Assembly: GCA_011369445.1 (NCBI GenBank)
Contig: DRQF01000028.1
Coordinates: forward strand, 2,061-66,060
Length of the DNA stretch: 64,000 nt
DNA from: Planctomycetota bacterium
GTDB taxonomy: Bacteria; Planctomycetota; GCA-002687715; DRQF01
Direction of reading: 5' to 3'
Shown here in pieces: positions 46,207 to 56,294 of the stretch. The position numbers and the translations under genes are program-made. The notes below the pieces were generated by a model that was not told the origin of the DNA, made no database searches, and saw only the letters and a list, made by a program, of their open reading frames with translations. Numbering within the stretch: position 1 is the first letter of the stretch; the number at the start of each line of letters is the position of its first letter.

Positions 46207-47631
46207 ATGGTCTTCAGTTCATCCGTCTTCCTCTTCTTGTTTCTTCCCGTTGTGCTCCTCGTGCATTTCGTCCTGCCGAGGGGCTGGAGGAACGCGTGGC
46301 TGTTGGGGATGAGTCTCGTCTTCTACGGCTGGGAAGAGCCTGAGGTCCTTCCGGTGATGTTGCTCACCATTGTGGTCACCTGGGCAGGCTCCTTGGCCCT
46401 GGCCCGGGGTGGGGGGCGGCGACGCCTCTGGTTGGGCCTGATCCTCGCTTTCGACCTGGGAATACTCGTTTACCACAAGTACTGGAGCTTCCTAGGCGAC
46501 AACCTCCAGGCACTTGCGGCCTCCTTCGACATCACGATGCCCGCTTTTGCGCGGGTGACCCTCCCCGTGGGAATCTCATTCTTTACGTTTCAGGCGATGT
46601 CCTATGCCGTGGACGTCTTCCGGGGCGACACGACGGTCCAGAAACGCCCACTGCCGTTCGCCATGTACGTGGCCCTGTTCCCCCAACTCGTGGCGGGCCC
46701 CATCGTTCGTTACCGGGACATCGCACGCAGCGTCGAGGATCGTTCCATTCGGCTGGCCGGTTTCGCCTCCGGCGTGCATCGCTTCATCATCGGATTCGCG
46801 AAGAAGATGCTCATCGCCAACTCGGCGGCCGTCACCGCTGATGCCGTCTTCGGACTGGAGACGGCGAATCTGACGGCAGCCACGGCGTGGGCGGGCGTGC
46901 TTGCCTACACCGTTCAGATCTACTTCGATTTCTCCGGCTACTCGGACATGGCCATCGGCCTGGGGAGGATGTTGGGTTTCGAGTTCCCCGAGAACTTCCG
47001 CTATCCCTATGCGGCGCGCAGCATCACCGACTTTTGGCGCAGGTGGCACATCTCGCTCTCCAGCTGGTTTCGCGACTACCTCTACATTCCCCTGGGCGGA
47101 AATCGTCGCGGTGCCGCGAAGACCGCCCGGAACCTCGTGGTCGTCTTCTTGCTCTGCGGTCTTTGGCACGGAGCGGCCTGGACCTTCGTCCTGTGGGGAG
47201 CTTGGCACGGCCTTTTCCTCGTGATCGAGCGGGCGGGATTGGGGAGTTTCCTGAACCGGAGTTCTCCGGTCTGGACGCGGCTCTACACCCTACTCGTGGT
47301 CGTTTGCGGTTGGGTGCTCTTCCGAGCGGAGAATCTCTCTCAGGCCGGGGGAGTCTTTCGAGCGATGGTGGGTGGGGGAACGGGGGATCCCCTGCGATTC
47401 CCCCTGGGGCTCTATTTGGCTCCGGACGTGCTCCTTGTCCTCGTGATTGCCATCCCGGCGTCGTTGCCGGTGTTACCGCGCCTGGCGGCGCGGCTGGGCG
47501 CCGATTCCGAAGCAGGGCTGCCGGGGCGGTGGCGCGCGGCGTCGGTCGCGGCTTCGGCGGCTTTGCTTTGGCTCAGCGTGATGGAGTTGGCCGCCGGCAC
47601 GCACAACCCTTTCATCTATTTCAGGTTCTGA
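46207..47631 (+). CDS. MBOAT family O-acyltransferase (AlgI/DltB-like)
   Basis: Multi-pass membrane protein. ISFFTFQAMSY, DFSGYSDMAIG and FWRRWHISLS..FRDYLYIPLGG contain the conserved MBOAT His. Confidence 0.85.
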   Translation: MVFSSSVFLFLFLPVVLLVHFVLPRGWRNAWLLGMSLVFYGWEEPEVLPVMLLTIVVTWAGSLALARGGGRRRLWLGLILAFDLGILVYHKYWSFLGDNLQALAASFDITMPAFARVTLPVGISFFTFQAMSYAVDVFRGDTTVQKRPLPFAMYVALFPQLVAGPIVRYRDIARSVEDRSIRLAGFASGVHRFIIGFAKKMLIANSAAVTADAVFGLETANLTAATAWAGVLAYTVQIYFDFSGYSDMAIGLGRMLGFEFPENFRYPYAARSITDFWRRWHISLSSWFRDYLYIPLGGNRRGAAKTARNLVVVFLLCGLWHGAAWTFVLWGAWHGLFLVIERAGLGSFLNRSSPVWTRLYTLLVVVCGWVLFRAENLSQAGGVFRAMVGGGTGDPLRFPLGLYLAPDVLLVLVIAIPASLPVLPRLAARLGADSEAGLPGRWRAASVAASAALLWLSVMELAAGTHNPFIYFRF

Positions 47632-47634
47632 TTC

Positions 47635-49341
47635 ATGGGCGCCTCTGACTTCAACTCGAGACGGTCGTGGACGAGACCTGAGTTCATCGATGGGGTGCTC
47701 GTCGCTGTGTTCGCGCTCACCCTCCTCGTGCCCGGACTCTTCTGGTTTCGCGGAAAGGACGAGCGCGCACTCGTCCATCAGGAGAACCGCGAGCCCGCTC
47801 CGTTTCCTCGGCCTCCTCACTCACTGGAAGAGCTCTCCCGTTGGACCGATGGCTTCGAGTCCTGGTTCAACGACTCCTTCCCGGGCCGTCACCTTCTCAT
47901 TCGAAACCGCAATCGCCTTCGCTGGATGATGGGAGGGACCCTCGACGCCAAGGTCTGCCTGGTCGGAAAGGAACGCTGGATCTTCACGCGCGACAATGAC
48001 GTGGTGGAGAAGCACCTGGGGCAGAGGCCATTCACGTCCGAGAGATTGCGTGAGATCACGACCACCTTGGAGCGACGGCGGGCCTGGTTGAAGGAACGGG
48101 GCATCCGGTACCTCGTGGTCGTGGGGCCCGACAAGCACGGGATCTATCCGGGAAACATGCCGTCCTGGTTCCACGAAGCCAGAGGCGCCACGCCCATGGA
48201 CCAACTCGTGGCGGCCCTCCCCGACGACTTCGCGGACTCATTCCTCGATCTTCGAGACCTCTTGCGCAGCGAGGCGTCCAGGGAACTCATCTACTATCGC
48301 TTGGGAACCCATTGGAACGACCTGGGTGCGTTTCATGCGGCGCGGGCCATTGCGGACCGACTCCGCACATGGTTTCCCGACATGCCTGGATTGCAGCTTT
48401 CGGACTGGCGGATTCGGTGGGAGCGTGGCCTCGGAGACAGCTGGGGCAGACAGCTCCACATGGAGGACGACTTGACTCAGCGTCTGCCCAGGCTGCAGTC
48501 CCTTCGACCAAAGCCGTGGCGCGAGGTCTCCACCTGGATCAAGGGGGCGAAGGATCTGGTGACGCGTCGGGCCGATGGCAAGGGACCCCGCATCATGATT
48601 CTCCACGACTCGTTCGGCGAAGTGCCGCGGGTCTACCTCGCCGGATGCGCGTCCTCCCTCACCGCCGTCTGGAACCTCTACTTCGAGGACCGACTCATAG
48701 AGACCCATCAGCCGGACGTCCTGATTCATCTGGTCGTGGAGCGCAACCTGGACCAGGGTGTCTTCAAGGGAGGGGGACGGGCCCGCGTCGATCTTGGTGG
48801 CAAGGCTTTGGCCGCGGCGCGTCGACGTGCGACGGGGACGTGGACGAATCCGGTTTTGGGTGAGATGAAAGTCGTGGACGATCCCGGGGGGGATCTCGTT
48901 CTCACGAGCCCACAGGGGCGTATTCCCCTCGTGAATCGGGGCCCTTTCAACTGGGCCGGGAAGGCGCCGCCCTTCGATGCGATGAGGGTCGAGATCACCC
49001 CGGCCAGTGCCTGGTCGCCGGAGAGTTTGCAGGTGGTCGACCCTCGTGTTCCGGCACCTTTGGTTTGGGTGCGTCCCGCCGAGGTTCCGAAGACAGGGCC
49101 TTTTGCCCGAATCGTCGGTCGCTACGAGCGCGACGGCGAGATCACCACGATCGTTCCCGTCGATCGACGGGCCGCCATCTTCGGAGCGAGTGGGGAGTTC
49201 TTGGGGCTCCTCTCTCCGCTGGATGAGGAGGGCGAAACCTTCCAGATCGAGGGGCGACTGCGTTGCCGGGTGGTGCGGACCGCGGACGGCCTCGACCTCC
49301 ACTTGCCCGCTGGCCGCCTCCATGCCAAGCGCCTCCCCTAG
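47635..49341 (+). CDS. AlgX/AlgJ-like SGNH-type O-acetyltransferase partner with about 200-aa C-terminal extension
   Basis: N-terminal TM anchor and an LGTHWNDLGAFHAA motif (relatives have D-x-H-W). It starts 3 nt after the MBOAT stop. The C-terminal third is unassigned. Confidence 0.6.
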   Translation: MGASDFNSRRSWTRPEFIDGVLVAVFALTLLVPGLFWFRGKDERALVHQENREPAPFPRPPHSLEELSRWTDGFESWFNDSFPGRHLLIRNRNRLRWMMGGTLDAKVCLVGKERWIFTRDNDVVEKHLGQRPFTSERLREITTTLERRRAWLKERGIRYLVVVGPDKHGIYPGNMPSWFHEARGATPMDQLVAALPDDFADSFLDLRDLLRSEASRELIYYRLGTHWNDLGAFHAARAIADRLRTWFPDMPGLQLSDWRIRWERGLGDSWGRQLHMEDDLTQRLPRLQSLRPKPWREVSTWIKGAKDLVTRRADGKGPRIMILHDSFGEVPRVYLAGCASSLTAVWNLYFEDRLIETHQPDVLIHLVVERNLDQGVFKGGGRARVDLGGKALAAARRRATGTWTNPVLGEMKVVDDPGGDLVLTSPQGRIPLVNRGPFNWAGKAPPFDAMRVEITPASAWSPESLQVVDPRVPAPLVWVRPAEVPKTGPFARIVGRYERDGEITTIVPVDRRAAIFGASGEFLGLLSPLDEEGETFQIEGRLRCRVVRTADGLDLHLPAGRLHAKRLP

Positions 49342-49678
49342 CTTCGCCGCGAACGATCAAGCCTCCGCTCCCCGTTCTCGAGGCAGCGTCACACAAAGAA
49401 AGGCACGGGGAACGGGGGGCGGCGAAGCGTCAGGAACTCGGTGCCTCTGTGTCTCCGTGAGAGTTGTTCTGTTGGAGTCGGGACGTCTGTTCACCTGGAA
49501 TGACGAGGTCCTCCTCGTCCTGCCTTTCCGCGCTCTGCGTGGAAGCGAAGAAGCGGACGAGGACGTCCACATTCCGGGAGAGATGCGACTTCCGTCGCCA
49601 GTCCTTGGATGCACCGGGTGGAGGCTCAACCGCCGGCCCAGGTTCGTGGCCCCGAACGGGAAAGTTCGGCGTCCGTCC

Positions 49679-50980
49679 TCAGACCCCGATGCCGTAGTAG
49701 GTGAAGCCCATTCCTTCGAGGGTCTTGCGGTCCCAAATGTTGCGACCGTCGAAGATGACGCGGTCGCCGAGTTTCGCGGCGATGGTGGGGAAGTCCGGTT
49801 GCCGGTACTCGTTCCATTCGGTCACCAGGATGAGGGCGTCGGCCCCGTCCACGGCCTGCATCGGTTTGTCGAAATACGCGACGCGATCGCCGAGGATGCG
49901 CTTCGTGGCAGGCATGGCTACGGGGTCGTTCACCTGAACACGGGCCCCCTGCTCGAGTAACGCTTCGATGATGGTGAGGCTCGGCGCTTCACGCATGTCG
50001 TCCGTCTTGGGCTTGAAGGCCAAACCCCACAGCGCGAAGACCTTATCCTTCAGATTGCCATCGTAGTGTGCGAGGGCCATCTCGGCCATCAGGCGCTTTT
50101 GCCCGGCGTTCACCTCCTCGACGGCGGTGAGAATGCGGAGCGGTTCGCCGGCTTCCTCGCCCGTTCGCATGAGGGCCTTCACGTCCTTCGGGAAGCAGGA
50201 ACCTCCATAGCCGCAGCCCGGGAAGAGGAAGGACGAGCCGATGCGGGAGTCGGTTCCCATGCCTCTCCGAATGTCGTTCACGTTCGCGCCGAGGGAGTTG
50301 CAGAGCCTCGCGATCTCATTCATGAACGAGATGCGGGTGGCGAGCATCGCGTTGGCGGCGTACTTGGTCAGCTCCGCCGACCGGACGCTCATGAAGAGGA
50401 TGGGTTTTCCCGTGCGAGTGAACGGGGCGTAGAGACGTTCCATGGCCTGTCGCGCCTGTTCGTCGTCGACGCCGATCACGACGCGGTCCGGTTTCAGAAA
50501 ATCACTGATCGCCGCCCCTTCCTTCAGAAACTCCGGGTTCGAGACGACGCTGAAGTCGTCGGAACCGCTTGTCTCCCGGATGGCTTCGGCCACCTTCTCT
50601 GCCGTACCTACGGGAACGGTGCTCTTGTCGACGACGATCTTGTATCCGTTCAGGTTCTCGCCGATCGTCTTGGCCACGGACAGGACGTATTGCAAGTCGG
50701 CCGAACCGTCTTCGCCTTCCGGTGTGCCGACGGCGATGAAGACGATTTCGGAGTCCCGAATGGCCGGTCCCACGTCGGTCGTGAACCGCAGTCGACCCTC
50801 CTCGACGTTGTGGCCGATCATCGTGGTCAACCCGGGCTCGTAGATGGGAACTCGTCCCTGATTCAGCCCGTCGATCTTGGCTTGATCCACGTCGGCGCAA
50901 ATCACGTCGTTACCCGTGTCCGCGAAGCAAGTTCCCACGACAAGGCCGACGTAGCCCGTCCCGATGACAGCAATCCGCAT
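49679..50980 (-). CDS. ugd: UDP-glucose 6-dehydrogenase
   Basis: MRIAVIGTGYVGLVVG and the catalytic GGSCFPKD. ATG 50980 has a GAGGAG RBS. ORF 51121 is an upstream extension. Confidence 0.9.
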   Translation of the reverse strand: MRIAVIGTGYVGLVVGTCFADTGNDVICADVDQAKIDGLNQGRVPIYEPGLTTMIGHNVEEGRLRFTTDVGPAIRDSEIVFIAVGTPEGEDGSADLQYVLSVAKTIGENLNGYKIVVDKSTVPVGTAEKVAEAIRETSGSDDFSVVSNPEFLKEGAAISDFLKPDRVVIGVDDEQARQAMERLYAPFTRTGKPILFMSVRSAELTKYAANAMLATRISFMNEIARLCNSLGANVNDIRRGMGTDSRIGSSFLFPGCGYGGSCFPKDVKALMRTGEEAGEPLRILTAVEEVNAGQKRLMAEMALAHYDGNLKDKVFALWGLAFKPKTDDMREAPSLTIIEALLEQGARVQVNDPVAMPATKRILGDRVAYFDKPMQAVDGADALILVTEWNEYRQPDFPTIAAKLGDRVIFDGRNIWDRKTLEGMGFTYYGIGV

Positions 50981-51053
50981 GCTCAGATCTCCTCGGGGCG
51001 CAACGCAGGAGGGCCCTTGTAACAGTTCGACCGTTGCCCGTGAAGGCCTGAAC

Positions 51054-51719
51054 TCAACCCTCGTCCTCTGCTTGGCCGGAGGGACGGAGAAGACGGTCCG
51101 AATAGAGGACACGCCCTTCACCCAGGGCGACCTCGCCGTCCAGGCACCACCGAAGCGCCTCCGGCAAGGCGCGGCACTCTTCCCCGAAGACCCGGGAGGC
51201 GAGGTCGTCGGGCGTGTCCGCGGGGAAGACGGGGCAGCAACGTTGGTGGATGATGGGGCCCTTGTCGTAGCGCGTGTCCACGAAATGAACGGTGCAACCG
51301 GAGATCCTCATCCCGGACGCGATGACGGCTTCGTGGACATGATGTCCGTAGAAGCCTTTTCCACCGAAAAGGGGAAGAAGGCTCGGGTGGATGTTGATGA
51401 CCTTGCCGAGGAGGGATTCGGGAAGAAGCCACAGCGAGAGGAATCCGGCCATCACGATCCAGTCGGGCCGATCCGCCATGACGACGGCGGTGAGGGCTTC
51501 ACTGAACACCTGCGTCCCAAAGTGCTCCTTGCGCGCCACCACGGTGGTGGGAATGCCGGCCTCTTCCGCGACGGTCAGGCCGCGGACGCCCGCGCGGGAC
51601 GAGACGACCCGCGCGAAGTCGCAGTTGAGCTCGCCTGCGTCGCGCAAGGCGATCAGGTTTTCCAAACTACGTCCCGTACCTGAGATCAAGACGGTGACCC
51701 GTCGGCCATTCCCCGTCAT
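51054..51719 (-). CDS. purN: phosphoribosylglycinamide formyltransferase
   Basis: VLISGTGRSLENL, INIHPSLLP, SGCTVHFVD. Confidence 0.85.
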   Translation of the reverse strand: MTGNGRRVTVLISGTGRSLENLIALRDAGELNCDFARVVSSRAGVRGLTVAEEAGIPTTVVARKEHFGTQVFSEALTAVVMADRPDWIVMAGFLSLWLLPESLLGKVINIHPSLLPLFGGKGFYGHHVHEAVIASGMRISGCTVHFVDTRYDKGPIIHQRCCPVFPADTPDDLASRVFGEECRALPEALRWCLDGEVALGEGRVLYSDRLLRPSGQAEDEG

Positions 51720-52543
51720 GCGTCGAGTTCTCGCAGAAGTCTCTTCACGATGAGGTTGAGTTTCGGTTCGGCACGACCGGCCGTGGCGATGATCTCCTCC
51801 ACGCTGACGGGCTTCAACGCTTCCGGGAAGCAGGCATCGGTGATGATGGAAAACGCGATGACCCGCATGGATTCGTGCCGCGCGGCGATGACCTCGGGCA
51901 CCGTGCTCATGCCCACGAGGTCGGCGCCGATACCGCGGAGGAAGCGGTACTCGGCCCGTGTCTCCAAACAGGGCCCGGTCACGGCGGCGTAGACCGCGCG
52001 ATGAAGAGGAATCCCTTCCTCCAGGGCGATCCTCTCCGCGGCGGACATCAGCGCCCGATCGTACGGCTCGCTCATGTCCGGGAAGCGGGGGCCCAGGTTC
52101 TCGTCATTCGGGCCGATGAGAGGGTTGTCGCCCAGCAAGTTGATGTGGTCGTCGAGGACGCAGAGGTCACCGACCGAAAACAGGGGGTTCATTCCGCCAG
52201 CCGCGTTGGACGCGATGAGGATCGGGGCTCCCATGGCGTGCATGACGCGAACGGGATGAGTGATCGCTCGCATGTCGTAGCCTTCGTAGCGATGGAATCG
52301 CCCTTTCATGGCGACGACGGCCCGTCCCTCGATGAAGCCGCATACCAACTCCCCCGTGTGGGACTCCACCGTGGCGCGTGCGAAGTGGGGGATCTCTTCG
52401 TAGGGGATCGAGACAGCGCGATCCATGTCCTCGGCCAGGCTGGAAAGCCCGGTGCCGAAGATGATCGCCGCTTCGGGGACGAATCCCGGGACGCAAGCTT
52501 GAATGGCCTCCTTGGAGGCCTGAATCATTTCCGGGTCGTTCAT
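51716..52543 (-). CDS. purine nucleoside phosphorylase (PunA / trimeric PNP family)
   Basis: GRFHRYEGY, NAAGG and LVGMSTVPEV motifs. Its stop overlaps the purN start (ATGA). Confidence 0.85.
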   Translation of the reverse strand: MNDPEMIQASKEAIQACVPGFVPEAAIIFGTGLSSLAEDMDRAVSIPYEEIPHFARATVESHTGELVCGFIEGRAVVAMKGRFHRYEGYDMRAITHPVRVMHAMGAPILIASNAAGGMNPLFSVGDLCVLDDHINLLGDNPLIGPNDENLGPRFPDMSEPYDRALMSAAERIALEEGIPLHRAVYAAVTGPCLETRAEYRFLRGIGADLVGMSTVPEVIAARHESMRVIAFSIITDACFPEALKPVSVEEIIATAGRAEPKLNLIVKRLLRELDA

Positions 52544-52550
52544 GGGTGCA

Positions 52551-55235
52551 TCACTCTTTGGCGGTCCAGGGCGTCGATCCGTCGCTGTTCAAAAAGAAGC
52601 TGCGTGTTCCTCGATCCTTCTCGAGGAATTCTCCGGTCAGCTCGGCGATGCGGAACCACTCCTCGGGGGCCTCGCCGCTCCTCGCCTTCGCGTAGAGTTC
52701 GCGGATCCGGGAAACCCTCGTTGCCGCCTCTTCCTCTCGCTCCAGTCGTTTTTCCAACCGCGCGAATTCCTGCGCGGCGGCGCCGGTCAGGCCCGCGTCC
52801 TTCAGTTCCTGGATCAGATCTCTGGCCTCATCGATGAGACCCGTCACGAGGCAAAACCATCCGCACCCCAACTCTTGTTCCGGCGTGTCCGCGAAACGGG
52901 CAAGGATCTGGCGGTAGAACGCCCGTGGAGGCACATCCTTCCAGGAGCGCCGGACTTCCTTGCCACCCCGACGCCGAACGACGAGACCCTCCGAGTTCAT
53001 GGAGAGGAGAACGCCCGAAGGCAAGACGCGGCTGCCGGACCCCACGGTGACCTTGGTTTCCGGGTCGGCCACCGCCGCCGCCAAAGCATCGAAGAGAGAT
53101 TGGACTCTGACGAGATCATCCCTCGCGCGCTCCAGATCTTGACGATAGTCGGGAAGAACGAGCGCCTGCAGACCGTCGTCCAGCTTGCGCCGTGCCGCGG
53201 CGAGGTCGGTCGAGGTCGCGAGGAGGGCGTAGGCTTCGTGGAGAGCGTCGAAGGCCCGTTTGCGATCTCGTGCGAGGTCGGCCTTGTGTTGGTCGGACTC
53301 CGCCCGATCGATCGACTGGCCGAGAGCCCTAGCCTGGCCGACGATGTCCTTCAGGGGGGCGTAGGCAGGGTCCGCGCCAGCGTTCTTCGCGAAGCGTTCG
53401 AGAAGGGGCTTCAGCGATTCGCGGGCTTCGTCGAAGCGATGGGCGTCGCGGGCGGCTTCGGCCCGCGCGATGATCTTGGCGGCTTGGTCGCGGGCACTCG
53501 CGAGGACCGCCGCCTTCAAGTCCTTCACGTCGTTAGCCCGGTGGCTCGAGCGCAGGGCCTCGTCGGCGGCCAGGATGCGGGAGATCGCTTCCGCGAATCT
53601 CCTTTCTGCCACCAAGGTCTTCACTTCCGCGTCGAGCTTCCCAAAGGCCGCATCGGCGGCGGCTCGTTTTCGGGCGGCCGCCTCCTCCGCCTCGCGAGCC
53701 TTCTTCTCCAGCTTTGTGATTTTTTCCTCGATCCGCTGGGCGTCCGTGCGAGCGTCCTCCGCCGAGGGGGCCTCGGGCGCTTCCGCGGCTGCCGCAAGGA
53801 AAAGGTTCGCAAGTTCCCGGAGGGACGGAATGTCGTCCGCCTTACCCTCCTGGGTGATCTCCAACTCCTTGCGACGTGCTTCGTCGAGCTTCTTCCTGAC
53901 GCGAAGGTCTCGCTCGAGAGCCAGATTCTTCTGGGCGCCGTCGCCGTTCTCGACCGGTGTGGGAACGTCGGTCTTCTCGTTCGGGTCGGTGGGGGGCGGT
54001 GACGGTGCGGACTTCTCACGGAACGCGAAAAAGGCGCCTCCTCCGAGGAGCAGGAGGACGATGACTCCCAGAATGACCGTGCGTCCCGTCGAAGCCTTGC
54101 CCGCGAGACGGCCCGAGTCGTCGAGCGCTTCGAGCGCTTCCAAAAGCGACGCCGCCGACTCGAAGCGATCGTCGGGGTCCTTCGCCATCATCACCGAGAC
54201 GAGATCGGCCAGGTCTTCGGGGCATTCCGGGCGGAGTTCGCGGATCTCGCGAGGCTCCTCCTGGATCTGCTTCATGACGATTTCCCGCACGCTCGAGCCC
54301 GAGAATGGGGTTTCGCCCGTGATCAATCGGTAGACGGTGGCCCCCAGGCTATAGATGTCCGAGCGGGAGTCGACAGCGCGTCCCTGAGCCTGTTCGGGAG
54401 AGATGAAGTGGGGCGTTCCGAAGATGCCCTCCTCGCCCTGGTGGGCGACCTCGCCTGAGTCCCGTGCGAGGCCCAGGTCCGAAATCTTCACGACGCCGTC
54501 GCTGTTGAGCATGAGGTTGTCGGGTTTGATGTCGCCGTGAACGATGCCCTTGCGTTCCGCATAGACCAGTCCGCGCGCGGCGTCCCGCGCAATGCGGATC
54601 ACCTGCGGGATCGGGAGCGCGCCTTCTGCCGAGGCGAGGTCTTGGACAGTTCCTCCGTCCATCATCTCGAGGGAGATGAGGTAGAGCCCCTTTTCCTCAC
54701 GGACATCGTAGACCTGGACGACGTTGGGGTGATTCAACCGGGCCGCTGCCTGGGCCTCCTTGAAGAAGCGGTTGATGAACGTCTTGTCGTCCGAGTAACG
54801 GGCGGAGAGAACCTTGAGCGCCACCTCCCGATCAAGGGCGATCTGCCGGGCGCGGTAAACGGTCCCCATCCCGCCGCGCCCCAGTCGCTCGAGGATCTGA
54901 TAGCCCGCGATGGTTTTTCCCAGAAGACCCCGTTGGGGCTCCGGGGCACCGCTCTGAAAAGTCAGTACGGTCTCACCCGCCACCACCGTGTCTCCATCTT
55001 GAAGAATACTCTCATCCAGCCGCCAACCGTTGAGGAGGGTGCCGTGGGTGGAGCCCAAATCCTTGATCCGCCAGGCATCGTCTTGGCGGAAAACCCTGAA
55101 GTGCTTCCGGGAGCAGGAACGGTCCTGAGTGTGAAAATCACAGTCCGGCGCTCGGCCGAACACGAAGGGCCCCTGGCCTTCGATCTCGACGGTGGTTCCG
55201 CGATCCGGTCCTTTCTCGATGATCAAAGACGGCAT
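52551..55235 (-). CDS. FHA domain + Hanks-type Ser/Thr kinase, single TM, long helical extracytoplasmic region
   Basis: FHA: FGRAPDCDF..SRKHF..DLGSTHGTLLNG. Kinase: GRGGMGTVYRA, VALKVL, HGDIKPDN, DLGLAR. TM: VILGVIVLLLLGGGAFFAF. About 480 aa of A/E/R/K-rich sequence follow. Confidence 0.85.
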   Translation of the reverse strand: MPSLIIEKGPDRGTTVEIEGQGPFVFGRAPDCDFHTQDRSCSRKHFRVFRQDDAWRIKDLGSTHGTLLNGWRLDESILQDGDTVVAGETVLTFQSGAPEPQRGLLGKTIAGYQILERLGRGGMGTVYRARQIALDREVALKVLSARYSDDKTFINRFFKEAQAAARLNHPNVVQVYDVREEKGLYLISLEMMDGGTVQDLASAEGALPIPQVIRIARDAARGLVYAERKGIVHGDIKPDNLMLNSDGVVKISDLGLARDSGEVAHQGEEGIFGTPHFISPEQAQGRAVDSRSDIYSLGATVYRLITGETPFSGSSVREIVMKQIQEEPREIRELRPECPEDLADLVSVMMAKDPDDRFESAASLLEALEALDDSGRLAGKASTGRTVILGVIVLLLLGGGAFFAFREKSAPSPPPTDPNEKTDVPTPVENGDGAQKNLALERDLRVRKKLDEARRKELEITQEGKADDIPSLRELANLFLAAAAEAPEAPSAEDARTDAQRIEEKITKLEKKAREAEEAAARKRAAADAAFGKLDAEVKTLVAERRFAEAISRILAADEALRSSHRANDVKDLKAAVLASARDQAAKIIARAEAARDAHRFDEARESLKPLLERFAKNAGADPAYAPLKDIVGQARALGQSIDRAESDQHKADLARDRKRAFDALHEAYALLATSTDLAAARRKLDDGLQALVLPDYRQDLERARDDLVRVQSLFDALAAAVADPETKVTVGSGSRVLPSGVLLSMNSEGLVVRRRGGKEVRRSWKDVPPRAFYRQILARFADTPEQELGCGWFCLVTGLIDEARDLIQELKDAGLTGAAAQEFARLEKRLEREEEAATRVSRIRELYAKARSGEAPEEWFRIAELTGEFLEKDRGTRSFFLNSDGSTPWTAKE

Positions 55236-55417
55236 TGATCGCGCTTTGGCTCCTTCGAAATCCTTGAAGTCTTTCCCGGCGTCCGACCCGGGCGCACCAT
55301 TGGAACCGGACGGGAGGCCTCTCCCAAGGGCTTCCGGGCATTATTCATGAACCCGGGGGCGGGACGAAGCAGATTCGCCGAATCCTCGTCGCGGCCATGG
55401 GCCTCGACAAGAGAATC

Positions 55418-56134
55418 CTATGCTCCGACGTCCACGCCGTCGAATAGGGCCCGCCCGATTCGCACCCAGGTCGCGCCCTCCTCGATCGCAATCTCGAAAT
55501 CGCCGGACATTCCCATCGAAAGTTCCGGGAGCCTCTCTTCGCCCAGACGGTCCCGGAGGCCCCTCAGACGACCGAATATCTCATGGAGCCGGTCCGGAGA
55601 GGCCCCGGCCGGCGCCATGGTCATGAATCCTCTCACTTCGATGGTGGACATGGCGTCCGCGAGGTCCAGCACGTCTTCCACGTCCTCCGGCGAGAAACCC
55701 TGCTTGGTCGACTCGCCCGAGACGTTGACCTGAAGGAGAAGGGGCAGAGGCGTGTCGCGGCGGTCGAGCGCCAGGGCCTTCACTTCAAGGGTGGAGAGCA
55801 GTCGCAGGGTGTCGGCGGAGTGAAGCCTCCGCAGTAAGGGAAGAGTCTTGGAGATCTTGTTGCGCTGATAGTGGCCGATGAGGTGCCAGGGCACCTGAGC
55901 GTCGAGACTCCTCGCCTTTTTCAAGAGTTCATCGGCTCGGTTCTCGCCGATGGCCTCCACCCCCAGCTCGAGAAGGGGCGGAATCACTCGGGCCGGCCGA
56001 TTCTTCGTGACCGCGACGAGGGCGACCGAATCCGGGCGCCTTCCCGCTCGCAGGGCGGCCTCGGTCATCCTCTCCCGCACGCGGGAAAGATTCGCGGACA
56101 GCTTTTCGAAAGCTGCTTCTCCAAGTCCTTGCAT
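55418..56134 (-). CDS. yggS: YggS family pyridoxal-phosphate homeostasis protein
   Basis: VAVTKNR (PLP Lys), IGENR, WHLIGHYQRNK, LSMGMSGDFE.AIEEGAT.VRIG. Start taken at ATG 56134. Confidence 0.8.
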   Translation of the reverse strand: MQGLGEAAFEKLSANLSRVRERMTEAALRAGRRPDSVALVAVTKNRPARVIPPLLELGVEAIGENRADELLKKARSLDAQVPWHLIGHYQRNKISKTLPLLRRLHSADTLRLLSTLEVKALALDRRDTPLPLLLQVNVSGESTKQGFSPEDVEDVLDLADAMSTIEVRGFMTMAPAGASPDRLHEIFGRLRGLRDRLGEERLPELSMGMSGDFEIAIEEGATWVRIGRALFDGVDVGA

Positions 56135-56294
56135 CGAATATCCTTGGGACCGGGGCTCCAAGGGGAGCCCACTTTGGGAAAGCTTGACAGGGCAAGGCCC
56201 CTCAATATAGTGACAGCCCACCGCGACACCAGTGTCGCCGCCTTGGAATCGACCCTTCGTTGGGTCCGGAGAAGGATTCGGAGATTCCGACACG

